64,000 nucleotides of DNA, from IMG/VR virus record IMGVR_UViG_3300047499_000163; one strand, 5' to 3'. Positions 18,722 through 28,758 of this stretch are shown piece by piece. Position 1 is the stretch's first letter, and each line of letters begins with the position of its first letter. The notes beneath the pieces were generated by a model. The model was given only the letters and a program-made list of their open reading frames with translations. It searched no databases and had not been told where the DNA came from. The translations under genes were made by a program, and so were the position numbers. This DNA is from an uncultured virus (IMG/VR IMGVR_UViG_3300047499_000163). Taxonomy: Duplodnaviria > Heunggongvirae > Uroviricota > Caudoviricetes.

Positions 18722-19198
18722 TCAAGTCGTCGCCGGTGACTGACGCTTGGCTATCGCATTTTTGCACTTTCCGCATGTTACTGAAGCGGTGTCATCCGCG
18801 AAATCCGGGTTCCCGAGCTTGATGCTCGGGCACTGCTTGCTGGTCGCAAAGCGCCAATGAATCTTTCGGACGTATTCCGGATGCTCCTTCCTCCAGGTCT
18901 TGGCTCCCTGGTAGTCGGGCTTGCCGTCCTTTTCGATTTCCTGCTTTCGGCGCTTCTCGGCGTGATAGGCATCCCACTCTTCTTTCGTCCGAGTCTTGAA
19001 GAGTGTCAGGAACTTTCCCTTGAGGTTGTCGTACGACAGGACGACGCCCGGATTGAGCTTGACCGAGATAGTTCCGTTCTCTTTAGCCCACGCTACACCA
19101 ACTACCGAAGTATCTCCGCTGTCCGTATCGAGTAATTTCAACTCGTGCGTCGGGCGGTTATCCTTCTTCTCTTCCTCGGGCATGGTCTCAACGTACAT
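18722..19198 (-). CDS. hypothetical protein
   Basis: VGVAW...G.ISVKL; C-terminal CGKC. Confidence 0.65.
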   Translation of the reverse strand: MYVETMPEEEKKDNRPTHELKLLDTDSGDTSVVGVAWAKENGTISVKLNPGVVLSYDNLKGKFLTLFKTRTKEEWDAYHAEKRRKQEIEKDGKPDYQGAKTWRKEHPEYVRKIHWRFATSKQCPSIKLGNPDFADDTASVTCGKCKNAIAKRQSPATT

Positions 19199-19275
19199 GG
19201 CGGGGACGACGGGATTCGAACCCGCGACCTTCTGCGTGACAGGCAGACGAAGACGGCCAACTCTTCTACGTCCCC
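19198..19275 (-). tRNA. tRNA-Asp(GTC)
   Basis: Cloverleaf, loop CTGTCAC, CCA. Confidence 0.9.
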
Positions 19276-19285
19276 AAACGAGCAG

Positions 19286-19359
19286 CGCCACGTACGGGAT
19301 TCGAACCCGTCAACATCCGGGAGACAACCGGACCGCCTACCCAAGCAGCGTCACGTGGC
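19286..19359 (-). tRNA. tRNA-Asp(GTC)
   Basis: Cloverleaf, loop TTGTCTC. Confidence 0.82.
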
Positions 19360-19450
19360 ATCTTTGCGCAAGAGCGCAACTGTTGCGTGTATCTGGCATG
19401 ATATCTATATCCCGCATGTGCGGGCCTTTCGTTTGCAGTAGGGTCCCCGT

Positions 19451-19924
19451 ATGGACCTGGAACCGCGCATTGTGAAGTGTGAATCGTTCGAGCAGCTGAA
19501 GAAGCAATCAGCTGAACTCGAGACGCAGGGCCGACGAGTCATCGAGTGCAATGCGTTCCCTGACGGCATTGTCGGGAAGCTCGCGTTTTGGATCCCGCCT
19601 CCCGGGAAAGAGCAAGCTTGGACGCCGCAAGATGCCGACGCTGTCTGGCTCACTTGGGAGAAATTCGGTCGAGTGCTCGAGCCCCACCGCACCAAGGTGG
19701 AGAACGGCAATCAGCTCTTCGAGATTTTCTCGAAGCACAAAGACCATGGAATCGTCGGCTACGTCGACGAAAAGCAGGCTGGCTTCATCTGCTTCTGCAG
19801 GGCCGCCGAGGGTGTATCCGACGTTTTCTTCGTCGACCTAGCCGACTTGAAAGAAGTACCACCTGAGCTGCGGAAGTACGTGAACCCCATAGCCCAGGTG
19901 GTCGACTCTAGGACTCGTGGATGA
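19451..19924 (+). CDS. hypothetical protein
   Basis: 157 aa; HxxH...GFxCxC similar to 3952-4359. Confidence 0.7.
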   Translation: MDLEPRIVKCESFEQLKKQSAELETQGRRVIECNAFPDGIVGKLAFWIPPPGKEQAWTPQDADAVWLTWEKFGRVLEPHRTKVENGNQLFEIFSKHKDHGIVGYVDEKQAGFICFCRAAEGVSDVFFVDLADLKEVPPELRKYVNPIAQVVDSRTRG

Positions 19925-20399
19925 CTCGCACCATCTCGAGGTCGCACTTCTCGCGGGTGTGACCGCGAGAGGACTTGCGGTGACGTCCCGTTCCCGGGAT
20001 GATGGCACCGCAGCGATCGCAGAGGTGATGACCGCGCATACGGCGCGCGACCACGTGTCCTGAGTACGGGACCTGCTTCTGCGAACCCCCGGAGAACGGG
20101 GTTGGCGTCGGCCGGTCAACGATGTGAAAGCGAGGCTCGTGGTGGACCGGGCGCTGACCGACCGTGGTCACCACCGGAGGGTCTTGCGCGAGGACTTCTC
20201 GCGAGATCATCAGCTTGAGGAACGCCCAAACCTCGCGGGTCTCGAGCCCGTAGGTGATGGCGAGGTACTTCTTGGTGAAGTGCTTCTCGTCGTTTCGGAG
20301 AGCGTTCTCCATGAGATCGAACTGCTTTTCGAGTTGGATCTTGCGGCTATCGACGATAGTCCGCATACGCCCGTTCGGGTCGATAACGGTCTTGGCCAT
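19908..20399 (-). CDS. hypothetical Zn-finger protein
   Basis: CDRC; ends MVRVIHES. Confidence 0.7.
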   Translation of the reverse strand: MAKTVIDPNGRMRTIVDSRKIQLEKQFDLMENALRNDEKHFTKKYLAITYGLETREVWAFLKLMISREVLAQDPPVVTTVGQRPVHHEPRFHIVDRPTPTPFSGGSQKQVPYSGHVVARRMRGHHLCDRCGAIIPGTGRHRKSSRGHTREKCDLEMVRVIHES

Positions 20400-20482
20400 T
20401 GTCGTCCGGGGCGTTTAGCCCCGCCTCTATACAGTTTCTCTCATGGTCTCCTCTCTTACACTGACGTTGTGGAGGTTTACAA

Positions 20483-21145
20483 TCAGACGCCCAGTTCAGC
20501 TGCATATGCAGCCACGAGGCGTTGGTAGTCCGCGTTGGGCGGGCCCGCAGAAGTTGATGTATTGGCCTTGTTAGAGGCCACAGTCAGGCTCATCCCGTAT
20601 TTGCGCATCAGATATCCAATGTGGAAGGCGCCGGTTCTGTCGGCCCCGAGTTGGCAATGCACATAGATGGCCGTGTTCTGCCTGGTGCCGAGGAGCGAGA
20701 TGACCTCATCGACGAACCCAGCGAAGTCCCAAATGGGGTTGTGCAGGAACTCTTTCGGGTCGCTGCCGGCGGGGAGTCCTTCGAAAGGACGCCAGATAAC
20801 GGAGCCCGGGTACTTGCCGCTTTCAGCTGTGACGTGCGTTCCGAGAAGCGCGTTGGGCTGATATCCCTGCTGCAGCCAGGGCGGCCAGTATGACGGCGGG
20901 TACGTGTTCGGGTCGACCCCGAATGCCGTCATCAGGGGCGTGAACTGAGCCCGCTCGCCGACGTTATCGATGATCGGCATCTCGAGAAGCGTGTAGTTCG
21001 TGAGATGGACCTTCGACGCCTGGGCGATCTCGTCGTAGGCGTAATGAAGGTCATCACCGAGCAGCGGCATGTTGCCGCGGATGAGGACGTTGGTTCCCAC
21101 AGTGTCGATGTGGGCGCAGCGGCTCGGTATGAACGTGGAACCCAT
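20483..21145 (-). CDS. protein-tyrosine/dual-specificity phosphatase-like
   Basis: VHCQLGADRT (CX5R). Confidence 0.8.
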   Translation of the reverse strand: MGSTFIPSRCAHIDTVGTNVLIRGNMPLLGDDLHYAYDEIAQASKVHLTNYTLLEMPIIDNVGERAQFTPLMTAFGVDPNTYPPSYWPPWLQQGYQPNALLGTHVTAESGKYPGSVIWRPFEGLPAGSDPKEFLHNPIWDFAGFVDEVISLLGTRQNTAIYVHCQLGADRTGAFHIGYLMRKYGMSLTVASNKANTSTSAGPPNADYQRLVAAYAAELGV

Positions 21146-21170
21146 GTCTTCTTGGTCAATAGAAACTTTG

Positions 21171-21243
21171 GGTGAGCGAGGGGATTCGAACCCCCGTACT
21201 AGGAGCCACAATCCTAGGTCCTAACCGCTAGACGACGCCCACC
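21171..21243 (-). tRNA. tRNA-His(GTG)
   Basis: G-1, loop TTGTGGC. Confidence 0.9.
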
Positions 21244-21249
21244 ATAAAT

Positions 21250-21327
21250 TGGGGTGACGGACGAGACTTGAACTCGCTAGTGCTCTGGGCCACATCCAGA
21301 GGGCTCGACCACTTTGCCTTCCGTCAC
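21250..21327 (-). tRNA. tRNA-His(GTG)
   Basis: Loop ATGTGGC, CCA. Confidence 0.82.
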
Positions 21328-21329
21328 AG

Positions 21330-21403
21330 TCGGGGCGACAGGAATCGAACCTGCGACAATGAGCACCCAAAGCTCATGCTCTACCAAACTGAGCTACGCC
21401 CCG
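21330..21403 (-). tRNA. tRNA-Pro(TGG)
   Basis: Cloverleaf, loop TTTGGGT. Confidence 0.92.
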
Positions 21404-21405
21404 GT

Positions 21406-21768
21406 TTACGACTGCATGACTTGATAAGCTACGAAAAGGTTCTCGTACTGACCAGAGAACTTCGACAAGTCGGACTTGATGAAGCTCTGGAATGACTCAC
21501 GATGCGCGCCGCGGATGTAGCGCCAAGCGCTGTCATGAAACTTGTAGGAGTGAATCTCCCAATTCATTTTGCAGAGAGCGCAGTAGTAGTTGAATCGAGG
21601 AGCAACGAGGCTCCCCTCCACTAACTCTCCGTCGCAGTGGTGCTTGTGCAAAACAAGCTGCCCAACGAAAGACTCCATGCTCTCGAGAAGCATGTGGTAC
21701 GGTACACCATGTTCACCCGGCAGTGTTCCATCTGCGGCGGCACGGGTTGGAAGATTCTGCACCGGCAA
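21406..21768 (-). CDS. hypothetical protein (start uncertain)
   Basis: CALC; ends VAYQVMQS. Confidence 0.55.
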   Translation of the reverse strand: MPVQNLPTRAAADGTLPGEHGVPYHMLLESMESFVGQLVLHKHHCDGELVEGSLVAPRFNYYCALCKMNWEIHSYKFHDSAWRYIRGAHRESFQSFIKSDLSKFSGQYENLFVAYQVMQS

Positions 21769-21914
21769 GGTGACCTGGTGCTTCCAGAAAACTGGAAGGA
21801 ACTAGAGCCCGAGATTTTGCGCGGCGGACTCACGCTCGTGCCGTGTTACTACGCTGCGACCACGTACGTCAGTTGCGAGTGCACCATAATCAAGACAAAG
21901 TCGATTCCATGCGG

Positions 21915-21997
21915 TGGACCACCCCGGAATCGAACCGGGCTCGCTTTTGGCTCCAGTTTATCAGACTGGTGACTACTTACCAGATGTCTCGTGGTCC
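21915..21997 (-). tRNA. tRNA-Ile(GAT), enlarged variable loop
   Basis: Loop CTGATAA. Confidence 0.82.
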
Positions 21998-22003
21998 ATT
22001 CAG

Positions 22004-22076
<73 letters not shown>

Positions 22077-22094
22077 GTATCGGTATCGTTCGCC

Positions 22095-22439
22095 ATGAGT
22101 CCCGTTCAGCCGCCGGAAGGCCTCACTGACGAGCAGAAGAAAGCTTGGGCAACGTTATATAAGGCGGCGAAAGAGAACTATAATATCAGCGGTTTTGGTG
22201 AAGCCGCAGTCGAAGTGATCGTCCGGGACCCCGCACTCTGCAAGGAGTTCCTCGAGACCCACCGGCGTCAAACAATCCAGAAGATGAGCGACGCGCTTTC
22301 TCGCGCGAATTCTCTCTTGGATGTTCCACCGGAGATCATCAAGAAAATTCTGACCATCCCGGAATCAATCGTTTGGGAACCAACATATCCGGCAATATGT
22401 ATCAACATATTGGCAAACGAATTCGTAAATTGGGGTTAA
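22095..22439 (+). CDS. hypothetical protein
   Basis: 114-aa ORF overlapping the HNH start. Confidence 0.5.
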   Translation: MSPVQPPEGLTDEQKKAWATLYKAAKENYNISGFGEAAVEVIVRDPALCKEFLETHRRQTIQKMSDALSRANSLLDVPPEIIKKILTIPESIVWEPTYPAICINILANEFVNWG

Positions 22440-22852
22440 AAACATCCCATTGGACTATTGGCAATCGTGGCCTCCACCATCGTGGTGGTGCTCGTAAGAA
22501 AACTGCTAAAGAGATACTGAAGTTGCATAAAGCAACAGAGCCAGCTCCATCAACAGGCCAGGCTAGGCGTGCTCTCGTAGAGAGCGGCGTTCCATATTGT
22601 TGCAAACAATGTGGTTGCCCACCGAAGTGGCTTAGTAAGACGCTGGTCTTACAAATTGATCATATCAGTGGCAATCGCAGAGATTGGAGAATCGAGAATC
22701 TTCGATTCCTGTGTCCCAATTGTCATTCACAGACTATGAATTTTGGCTCCAGAAAGAATGCAATCGGTAGGACTAAGGGTTGCCGCAACGGAATGCATTT
22801 TGCGGAGATGGTGGGCCAGACAAAAATCGAACTTGCAACCTCTGGAGTGTGA
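22373..22852 (+). CDS. HNH endonuclease
   Basis: C..CG...W....LVLQIDHISG...D.R.ENLRFLCPNCHSQT. Confidence 0.88.
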   Translation: MGTNISGNMYQHIGKRIRKLGLKTSHWTIGNRGLHHRGGARKKTAKEILKLHKATEPAPSTGQARRALVESGVPYCCKQCGCPPKWLSKTLVLQIDHISGNRRDWRIENLRFLCPNCHSQTMNFGSRKNAIGRTKGCRNGMHFAEMVGQTKIELATSGV

Positions 22853-22883
22853 TACCAGCACTCTGCCATTGAGCTACCAGCCC
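22809..22883 (-). tRNA. tRNA-Val(CAC)
   Basis: Loop ATCACAC, CCA; some stem mismatches. Confidence 0.75.
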
Positions 22884-22893
22884 GTCATAACGG

Positions 22894-22965
22894 TGAACCC
22901 AGACGGGATCGAACCGCCGACATTCCCCGTGTAAAGGGGACGCTCTACCTCTGAGCTATGGGTCC
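22894..22965 (-). tRNA. tRNA-Val(TAC)
   Basis: Cloverleaf, loop TTTACAC. Confidence 0.9.
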
Positions 22966-23372
22966 TTATGAAAGATGAACAATGCACACCGTTGCAAAAT
23001 CACATGATGGGATTTGTTTTCTGATGAGATGCAGCCCTTTTGCTGTTGGGCCTTTTCCATGTCTTGTAGACACAGCAGTTATTCTTGACTTGCACTGTTT
23101 ACATATCGCCATATCTTTTTGGAACCCCGCCAAATATCGGCTTTCCTAGATTTTTTCAGTATGACTTCCCATTTATGACCCAGGCCTCGAGTGAGGCCTT
23201 TTAGCTGTCTGAGGATCTCAGATACTGATATGGCAGCGTTAATCCATATGTCTACAGGTCCTCGAGTCGATGTCGGGTTCACCACAGTGATGCCCCCGGC
23301 TACCGGATATGAGTTTCCTGAATACTGAGAATCTCTAATAAAACAGCTCTCCTTCATTAGAGGAGGTTACAG

Positions 23373-23447
23373 TCGGAATGACAGGATTTGAACCTGCGAC
23401 CCCTCCGTCCCGAACGGAGTGCTCTAGCCAGGCTGAGCTACATTCCG
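23373..23447 (-). tRNA. tRNA-Pro(CGG)
   Basis: Cloverleaf, loop TTCGGGA. Confidence 0.92.
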
Positions 23448-23448
23448 A

Positions 23449-23709
23449 TTATCTTCCGGTGCGCAATTGTGTCAGCACGAGGTCAATCGTGTCACGAATG
23501 CGCTCTATTAGTATCCTTGCTTCAGTTCCTTCGAAGCCGGCTAGGCTGACGCAATATCGAGCCTTTCCGCCGTCGAAGGTGATGGCGCCTTGTACTGCAG
23601 GAAAAGTCTGCAGTGTTTCCTGTATGGCGGGGAGTTCCTCCTCCTTACAGGAGACCGATGCCACGAAGTATCTGCTACTGCTCGACGTAGGCACGTCGGA
23701 ATAAGTCAC
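23449..23709 (-). CDS. hypothetical protein
   Basis: 86-aa ORF filling the space between two tRNAs. Confidence 0.5.
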   Translation of the reverse strand: MTYSDVPTSSSSRYFVASVSCKEEELPAIQETLQTFPAVQGAITFDGGKARYCVSLAGFEGTEARILIERIRDTIDLVLTQLRTGR

Positions 23710-23720
23710 AGAACTTCTAG

Positions 23721-23804
23721 TGCGGACGGAGGGACTCGAACCCTCACGGCATTTCTGCCACTGGCACCTGAAACCAGCGCGTCTACCAACTCCGCCACGT
23801 CCGC
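23721..23804 (-). tRNA. tRNA-Leu(CAG)
   Basis: Cloverleaf, loop TTCAGGT. Confidence 0.92.
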
Positions 23805-23807
23805 GTA

Positions 23808-24398
23808 TCAGTTCAGTTTCGAATCAGGCTTCGGGATCGGATGAGCCTGGACGTCCTCGATCCAGAAAGCATCGAGGTCGGGCAGTTCCCACCTGAAACC
23901 GTGTGCAATCATGTCGTCCCAGGCTTGCTGCTTGGTCCAGTTATACATCAGCTTCTGGACCAGAGCGGCGATGAGACTCGTCCTGTCTCTGCCGTGGGTG
24001 CAGTGATGGATGACTATCCATCCCTGCTCGTGAGCGGCGATGATCATTTTCACCACCGCAGTAACCTGCTTGGGGTCTGGCTTCACCAAGACCGTCCAGA
24101 TTTTGTCGTCCTCCGGCGGCATCGCCTCTTTGGCAAGGACAACACCTTTGAACTGCAGGACCGGGCTGTCGTCACCTTCGTTGTCGTCGTTGAGCTTGAC
24201 GACTAGGATCGGCTTGTTTTCTTTGCTGACGGTCTGGATGACGTAAGTCCAGGCGGCGGCATCTGCGGGCTCCCCCATACGCCACATGTCGGGGGCGTAT
24301 TGTTCCATGTTCGGAACACCGTGAACAGTCGTATCTACGAACTTCGGAGTGCAGCCGAGAAGAGCCAGCACCGCCGCCCAAACAGCCCGGAGCTTCAT
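23808..24398 (-). CDS. lipoprotein tyrosine-phosphatase-like protein
   Basis: Signal with LLGC lipobox; HCTHGRDRT. Confidence 0.82.
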   Translation of the reverse strand: MKLRAVWAAVLALLGCTPKFVDTTVHGVPNMEQYAPDMWRMGEPADAAAWTYVIQTVSKENKPILVVKLNDDNEGDDSPVLQFKGVVLAKEAMPPEDDKIWTVLVKPDPKQVTAVVKMIIAAHEQGWIVIHHCTHGRDRTSLIAALVQKLMYNWTKQQAWDDMIAHGFRWELPDLDAFWIEDVQAHPIPKPDSKLN

Positions 24399-24455
24399 GG
24401 AGATACCGTACTATCCTAGTCTCTTAGTGAGACTGAAGGACCGAGGGTAAACCAC

Positions 24456-24767
24456 ATGACTCCCCAGCAAGTTGTCTCCGTTCTCCGTCGCATCGCCGGC
24501 GCCATCGACAACTCCCAGCGTCCCCAGCGGGACAAGGTCATCGCGGACCTCAAGACCGTCATCGCGCAGATGCAGACGACGGGTCAGCAGGAGCAACAGG
24601 GCAAGCAGCAACAGCAGCAAGGCCAGCAGCAGCAAGCTCTGCCCAAGAGCATGGGCGGCAAGAGTATGCTCAAGAAGCTCCTCGAGGATTGCCAGGCCGC
24701 ACTCGACTCCGGCGACGACGCGAAGTTCAAGGAGTGCGTCAGCAAGCTCGAGAAGAACGCTGTCTGA
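24456..24767 (+). CDS. Gln-rich hypothetical protein
   Basis: VLRRIA..ID; poly-Q linker. Confidence 0.7.
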   Translation: MTPQQVVSVLRRIAGAIDNSQRPQRDKVIADLKTVIAQMQTTGQQEQQGKQQQQQGQQQQALPKSMGGKSMLKKLLEDCQAALDSGDDAKFKECVSKLEKNAV

Positions 24768-24772
24768 AGTAG

Positions 24773-24854
24773 TGCGGACGGGGGATTCGAACCCCCACGG
24801 CCTTTCGGGAACAGGCACCTGAGGACGGCGCTACTACCTGCTGAGCTATGGGCC
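24773..24854 (-). pseudogene. chimeric tRNA (Leu-CAG 3' half, unrelated 5' half)
   Basis: Acceptor strands GGCCCAT and CGTCCGC do not pair. Confidence 0.65.
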
Positions 24855-24987
24855 TAGGTGGGTCCGTTTCGTTCCGGCCGCGTCGCCTTTAGCGCCCGCA
24901 TCCTCCGGCGTTTCCTGGAACCCTGCACCGACAGATCAAACTGCGGTGCACACTTTCACTATACAGTTGCCGCGCTTTCGCGGCAAG

Positions 24988-25064
24988 TGGTCGGCGTGAC
25001 AGGAATTGAACCTGCGACCTCTCCGTCCCGAACGGAGCGCTCTACCAGGCTGAGCTACACGCCG
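24988..25064 (-). tRNA. tRNA-Pro(CGG)
   Basis: Cloverleaf, CCA. Confidence 0.92.
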
Positions 25065-25067
25065 ATG

Positions 25068-25597
25068 TCAAACTTTCAAGGCAGCCTCGACTGAGGCAAG
25101 GTAAGTCTTGTGGTACTGGTGGCCTCCGTAGGGAGGACCGGACCCTCCGACGAGCTGTCCGTCCACGTTGTGCAAAGACCAGTCCTTGCCCCTCACGACG
25201 GTGTCGAGCGCGTCCTCCGGCGAAAGGCCGTGAACCCAGCGGAGGATGGCGTAGGCGAAGGCCGGGCTCCGGGAGCCGCCCATCTGGCAGTGCACGTAGA
25301 CGGGGCCATGCCCGATGGATAGCTTCGCGAAGCTCACGGCGTGCCCGCGGGGAAGGGAGTCCCGTCGTCCGGGACACGGAGCACTCGGACGAGGGGAAGG
25401 GCATTGAGGTCCTCTCCGAGTGCCGTCTCCACGTTGAGGACCGATCGGATCCCGAACTCCGACTTGAGGTGAAGCCAGTCGTCGTGGTCGCAGACGCTCC
25501 CGCCGACGAGGATGTCGGGGTTCACCCACCAGCGCTGGACCGGGTGCTTCGGGTCGTGATCGTAGAGCCTGTTGACGTAGATTTCGGCCAGGGGCAT
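25068..25597 (-). CDS. dual-specificity phosphatase (frameshifted)
   Basis: ILVGG...GIRSVLNV in one frame, VHCQMGGSRS in another. Confidence 0.72.
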
Positions 25598-25763
25598 TGA
25601 GGTTCGTCGGGACTTCGACCGCCTTCTTCGGAGCGGCTTTGTTCACTCCCTGGCTGACCAGGAAGAGTGAGTCGGAGATCTTCAGGGAAGTAGTCGTCAT
25701 GGGTACCTCAGGGTTGAACCCGAGGTTACAACGACGACCCCTTCCTTGAAGGATACTTCGAGG

Positions 25764-25976
25764 CTACCGGTGGCCTGCGCCGAAAAGGTTCGGCATCGGT
25801 ATCTGGCCGGTCAGGCCGCCGATGAGTACGCACACCGCGATGAGGCAGCAGATGGCGATCGCGATACCCCGGAACGGCTCCGGGATGATCGTGATCTGCC
25901 GGATTGCGAAAATCATCAGGCCGAGAACCAGCCCGACGATGAGGACGAGAACCAGCAGGCCTACCAGGAACGTCAT
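25764..25976 (-). CDS. small 2-TM membrane protein
   Basis: Two hydrophobic helices around IPEPFR; SD AGGAGG. Confidence 0.7.
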   Translation of the reverse strand: MTFLVGLLVLVLIVGLVLGLMIFAIRQITIIPEPFRGIAIAICCLIAVCVLIGGLTGQIPMPNLFGAGHR

Positions 25977-26086
25977 CGTTGCCTCCTTTGGGGGTGCAAT
26001 TTAGCGCCCAGGTTCAAGAAGCTAGAAAGGAGGCCGAACAGAGTCTAGTACAAAACTGCCACACAGTTGCAGCCTTGCCACATCAG

Positions 26087-26159
26087 TGCTGACGGAGGGA
26101 GTCGAACCCTCAGTGCCCCGGGTTTGAAGCGGGTGTGTTTGCCTTTTCACCACGTCAGC
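26087..26159 (-). tRNA. tRNA-Leu(CAA), short variable loop
   Basis: Loop TTCAAAC. Confidence 0.78.
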
Positions 26160-26163
26160 GCAG

Positions 26164-26237
26164 TACCGCGGGAGGGAATCGAACCCACAACCTCCAGATC
26201 CTGAATCTGGCGCCTCTGCCTGTTGGGCTACCGCGGC
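26164..26237 (-). tRNA. tRNA-Leu(CAG), short variable loop
   Basis: Loop TTCAGGA. Confidence 0.85.
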
Positions 26238-26247
26238 ATGAGACTAG

Positions 26248-26328
26248 TGCCAACTGAGGGAGTCGAACCCTCACGCCTTGCGGCGCTCGCTCCTGAAGCG
26301 AGTGCGTCTGCCATTCCGCCAAGTTGGC
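26248..26328 (-). tRNA. tRNA-Leu(CAG)
   Basis: Cloverleaf with long variable arm. Confidence 0.9.
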
Positions 26329-26352
26329 AAGTAACGAGTCACATTCTTCTAG

Positions 26353-26439
26353 TGGGACCGGCGGGAGTCGAACCCGCAAGCTTTTTACGGCGCTGGCACC
26401 TCAAGCCAGTGTGTTTACCGAAGATTTCACCACGGTCCC
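26353..26439 (-). tRNA. tRNA-Leu(GAG)
   Basis: Loop TTGAGGT; overlapped by HNH C-terminus. Confidence 0.88.
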
Positions 26440-27012
26440 GACAGTCACCCTTTTCCCGTTCTTCCAAGCACGCTTCTTGGTCCTCCCTTGAGCCCAAGGC
26501 TTCTTCCCAGTCGTTTTCGTCATGTTTCCACTGCCGAAAGTCTCCGTCTGAGAATGGCAGTTCGGGCAGAGGAAACGTGGGTTTCCTGGCCTATTGTCGA
26601 GAGAGTCCCCATTCCGGTGGTCGACTTGAAGGACGAGCTTCCTCCCGTTCCACTCTCGGCCTTGGGAACACTCTTCACATTTTTCGACGACGCCCGACTC
26701 GACGAGCGCACGGCGTAAGATCTTCGGTTGTTCCTTGCGGCCCCCGAGACGGTTGTAGACCAAGACTTCTTGCCAGGTCAGCCTCTCCGGTCCGCCCTTC
26801 TTGGATTCACCACGGTTGGCGGATCTCCCGAGGAAATGGGCCGTGCAGAGCCCGAGGGTCTGAACGATCAGCCGTAGCCGGGCGTTGGCGCTCCCAGTCG
26901 TTCGGAGCCCGAGCTTCCCGATTAGCTCGTAATAGGAGCGGGACTCTGCTACGAGCGGAGTCATCAACTCGCGCGTGTATTTAGACTTGGTAGGGTCGTA
27001 CGTCCATTGCAT
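26401..27012 (-). CDS. HNH endonuclease
   Basis: WNG..LVLQVDHRNG...DNR..N.RFLCPNCHSQT. Confidence 0.9.
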   Translation of the reverse strand: MQWTYDPTKSKYTRELMTPLVAESRSYYELIGKLGLRTTGSANARLRLIVQTLGLCTAHFLGRSANRGESKKGGPERLTWQEVLVYNRLGGRKEQPKILRRALVESGVVEKCEECSQGREWNGRKLVLQVDHRNGDSLDNRPGNPRFLCPNCHSQTETFGSGNMTKTTGKKPWAQGRTKKRAWKNGKRVTVGTVVKSSVNTLA

Positions 27013-27121
27013 GGTACGCCTACCATACCAGACAGTTATCTGTCATGAACCGCCGTGACGATCGCCATGAGGGAGGCGGTCTTGCAGTCCCGGTCGACCT
27101 GCTCGACAAAGGACTTCAAAA

Positions 27122-27161
27122 GCTTGCAAGCTAGCGCGTCTACCAGCTCCGCCACGTCCGC
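27122..27161 (-). pseudogene. 5' half of tRNA-Leu
   Basis: GCGGACGTGGCGGAGCTGGTAGACGCGCTAGC, then diverges. Confidence 0.7.
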
Positions 27162-27164
27162 ATT

Positions 27165-27392
27165 CTATTTACTCAGCGACGCCCTGTAGGCGGCGCAGTT
27201 CTGCATGAACTCGCACCACTCAGGAATCTCTGGCTTCGGGCTGTAACCCTCCGGCAGAAGCTTCCAGAGTTCCGGCACCCACCAGCACAAGTTGTGTCCG
27301 GTGGCGTCGCGGTGCTGCCTGATTCCAGCTCGGAGCTTCTTGACTTCTGCTTCGAGCTGTTCTTTCGTCATGGAAGTGAGGTCTTCGTCCAT
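27165..27392 (-). CDS. small hypothetical protein
   Basis: LRAGIR.HRD.TGH.LCW..PELW.LLPE. Confidence 0.75.
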   Translation of the reverse strand: MDEDLTSMTKEQLEAEVKKLRAGIRQHRDATGHNLCWWVPELWKLLPEGYSPKPEIPEWCEFMQNCAAYRASLSK

Positions 27393-27409
27393 GCCGAAAG
27401 ACTACAGGG

Positions 27410-27481
27410 AGCGGGCAGCGGGGATCGAACCCGCGAATGCGAGCTTGGGAAGCTCGTGCCTTACCGCTTGGCTATGCCCGC
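27410..27481 (-). tRNA. tRNA-Gly(CCC)
   Basis: Loop TTCCCAA. Confidence 0.92.
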
Positions 27482-27612
27482 AACTGCGCTCTCGACCGCC
27501 TTGTGGAACAGTCGAGGAGCAGATCCTCTACCCTAGTACGGAGACTCTCGTTTCTTCCGTACCCAAGCCGTCCCCGCCGAGAGCTGCGGTTCGGACCTAC
27601 TGAGTAGCAGGG

Positions 27613-27684
27613 AGCGGGCGATCGGGGTCGAACCGACGATCTTTGCGTTGGCAACGCACTGCTCTACCACTGAGCTACGCCCGC
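27613..27684 (-). tRNA. tRNA-Gly(GCC)
   Basis: Loop TTGCCAA. Confidence 0.92.
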
Positions 27685-27690
27685 AAGGTA

Positions 27691-27782
27691 GTTCCCTCTG
27701 GTGGACAGTTATTTCCCGGCAGGGTCCACTCCGCGAAACCGGGCCAGATGCTGGCTGCACAAGGGAACTTTGCCAGCCCACG
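27691..27782 (-). ncRNA. pseudoknotted inter-tRNA RNA, copy 2
   Basis: Homolog of 14867-14960. Confidence 0.65.
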
Positions 27783-27784
27783 AG

Positions 27785-27856
27785 AGCGGGTGATGGGGCT
27801 CGAACCCACGGCGTTCACGTTGGCAACGTGATGCTCTACCACTGAGCTACACCCGC
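27785..27856 (-). tRNA. tRNA-Gly(GCC)
   Basis: Loop TTGCCAA. Confidence 0.92.
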
Positions 27857-28114
27857 GTTCTTCTGTATGCTAAACTAAGACCATGGACGCCCCATCATTC
27901 TCGCGCTGGTTGCGCCGGCAAGGAGGAATGATGGCAAATCACAAGAGGAAGCGTCCGAAGAGCAGTCGTGCTGGTTGCTTGATGTGTAAGTATTGGAAGC
28001 ACCAGCGCAACAAGGACAAGGAGTCCTGCCAGACGTGGCAGGAACGAAAGGCTCGAGTCTCCGAGAAGGAGCAGCTCCGAGAAATCGGTTAGACCTGTAG
28101 TCCTGGCTTCAATT

Positions 28115-28758
28115 ATGTTGAAGCTGGCTGTAGTCGGGGACCTCTCACAGAACGACCCTTCCAGGCTGGCGCAAGCACTCGATGCTGCGCTCGGCGTGGC
28201 CGACGTTGTAGTTCACGTCGGCGACATCAACCCGGGTTACGACGTCGTCAAGCAGCGTCTTCCGCAAGGGAAGCTCTTGTGCATCCCTGGCAATCACGAC
28301 ACTCAGGGCCCAGGTAATCGGGACGCGAGTCTTCCTGGTCTTCCGAAGCAGTGGAAGAAATCGATCAGCGGTATCACGCTCATCGGCATCGACAATACGA
28401 ACGACACCATCAATCCCGATGGGTGGGCGCTGCTGAATGCCTACGAAGCGGACCAGAGCCAGCCACTTTTCTCTTCTGCCACAAGCCGCTGTCGCCCATC
28501 GTCCTTCCGGACGGCACCGAGTCGCTGCACATCATGGGCGAGGGCGCGCTCCCGTGCGCGGATGCCGAGAAGCTCAAGAAGTTCCTCGAGCCCATGGACG
28601 TGACCATCTGCAACGGTCATTACCACGGCTGGACTCTCATGCGCCCGTATTACGGGACGGTCGTTCTCGACGGCCGCGGAGGAGCAGCGCCGCAGATCGG
28701 CTACTCACTCTTCTACATCCAGCCCGAAGGCTGGGTGTGCCATCCCGTGACGCTTTAG
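28115..28758 (+). CDS. calcineurin-like metallophosphoesterase (frameshifted)
   Basis: GD..., HVGD, PGNHD, then HKP and GHYH in a second frame. Confidence 0.78.
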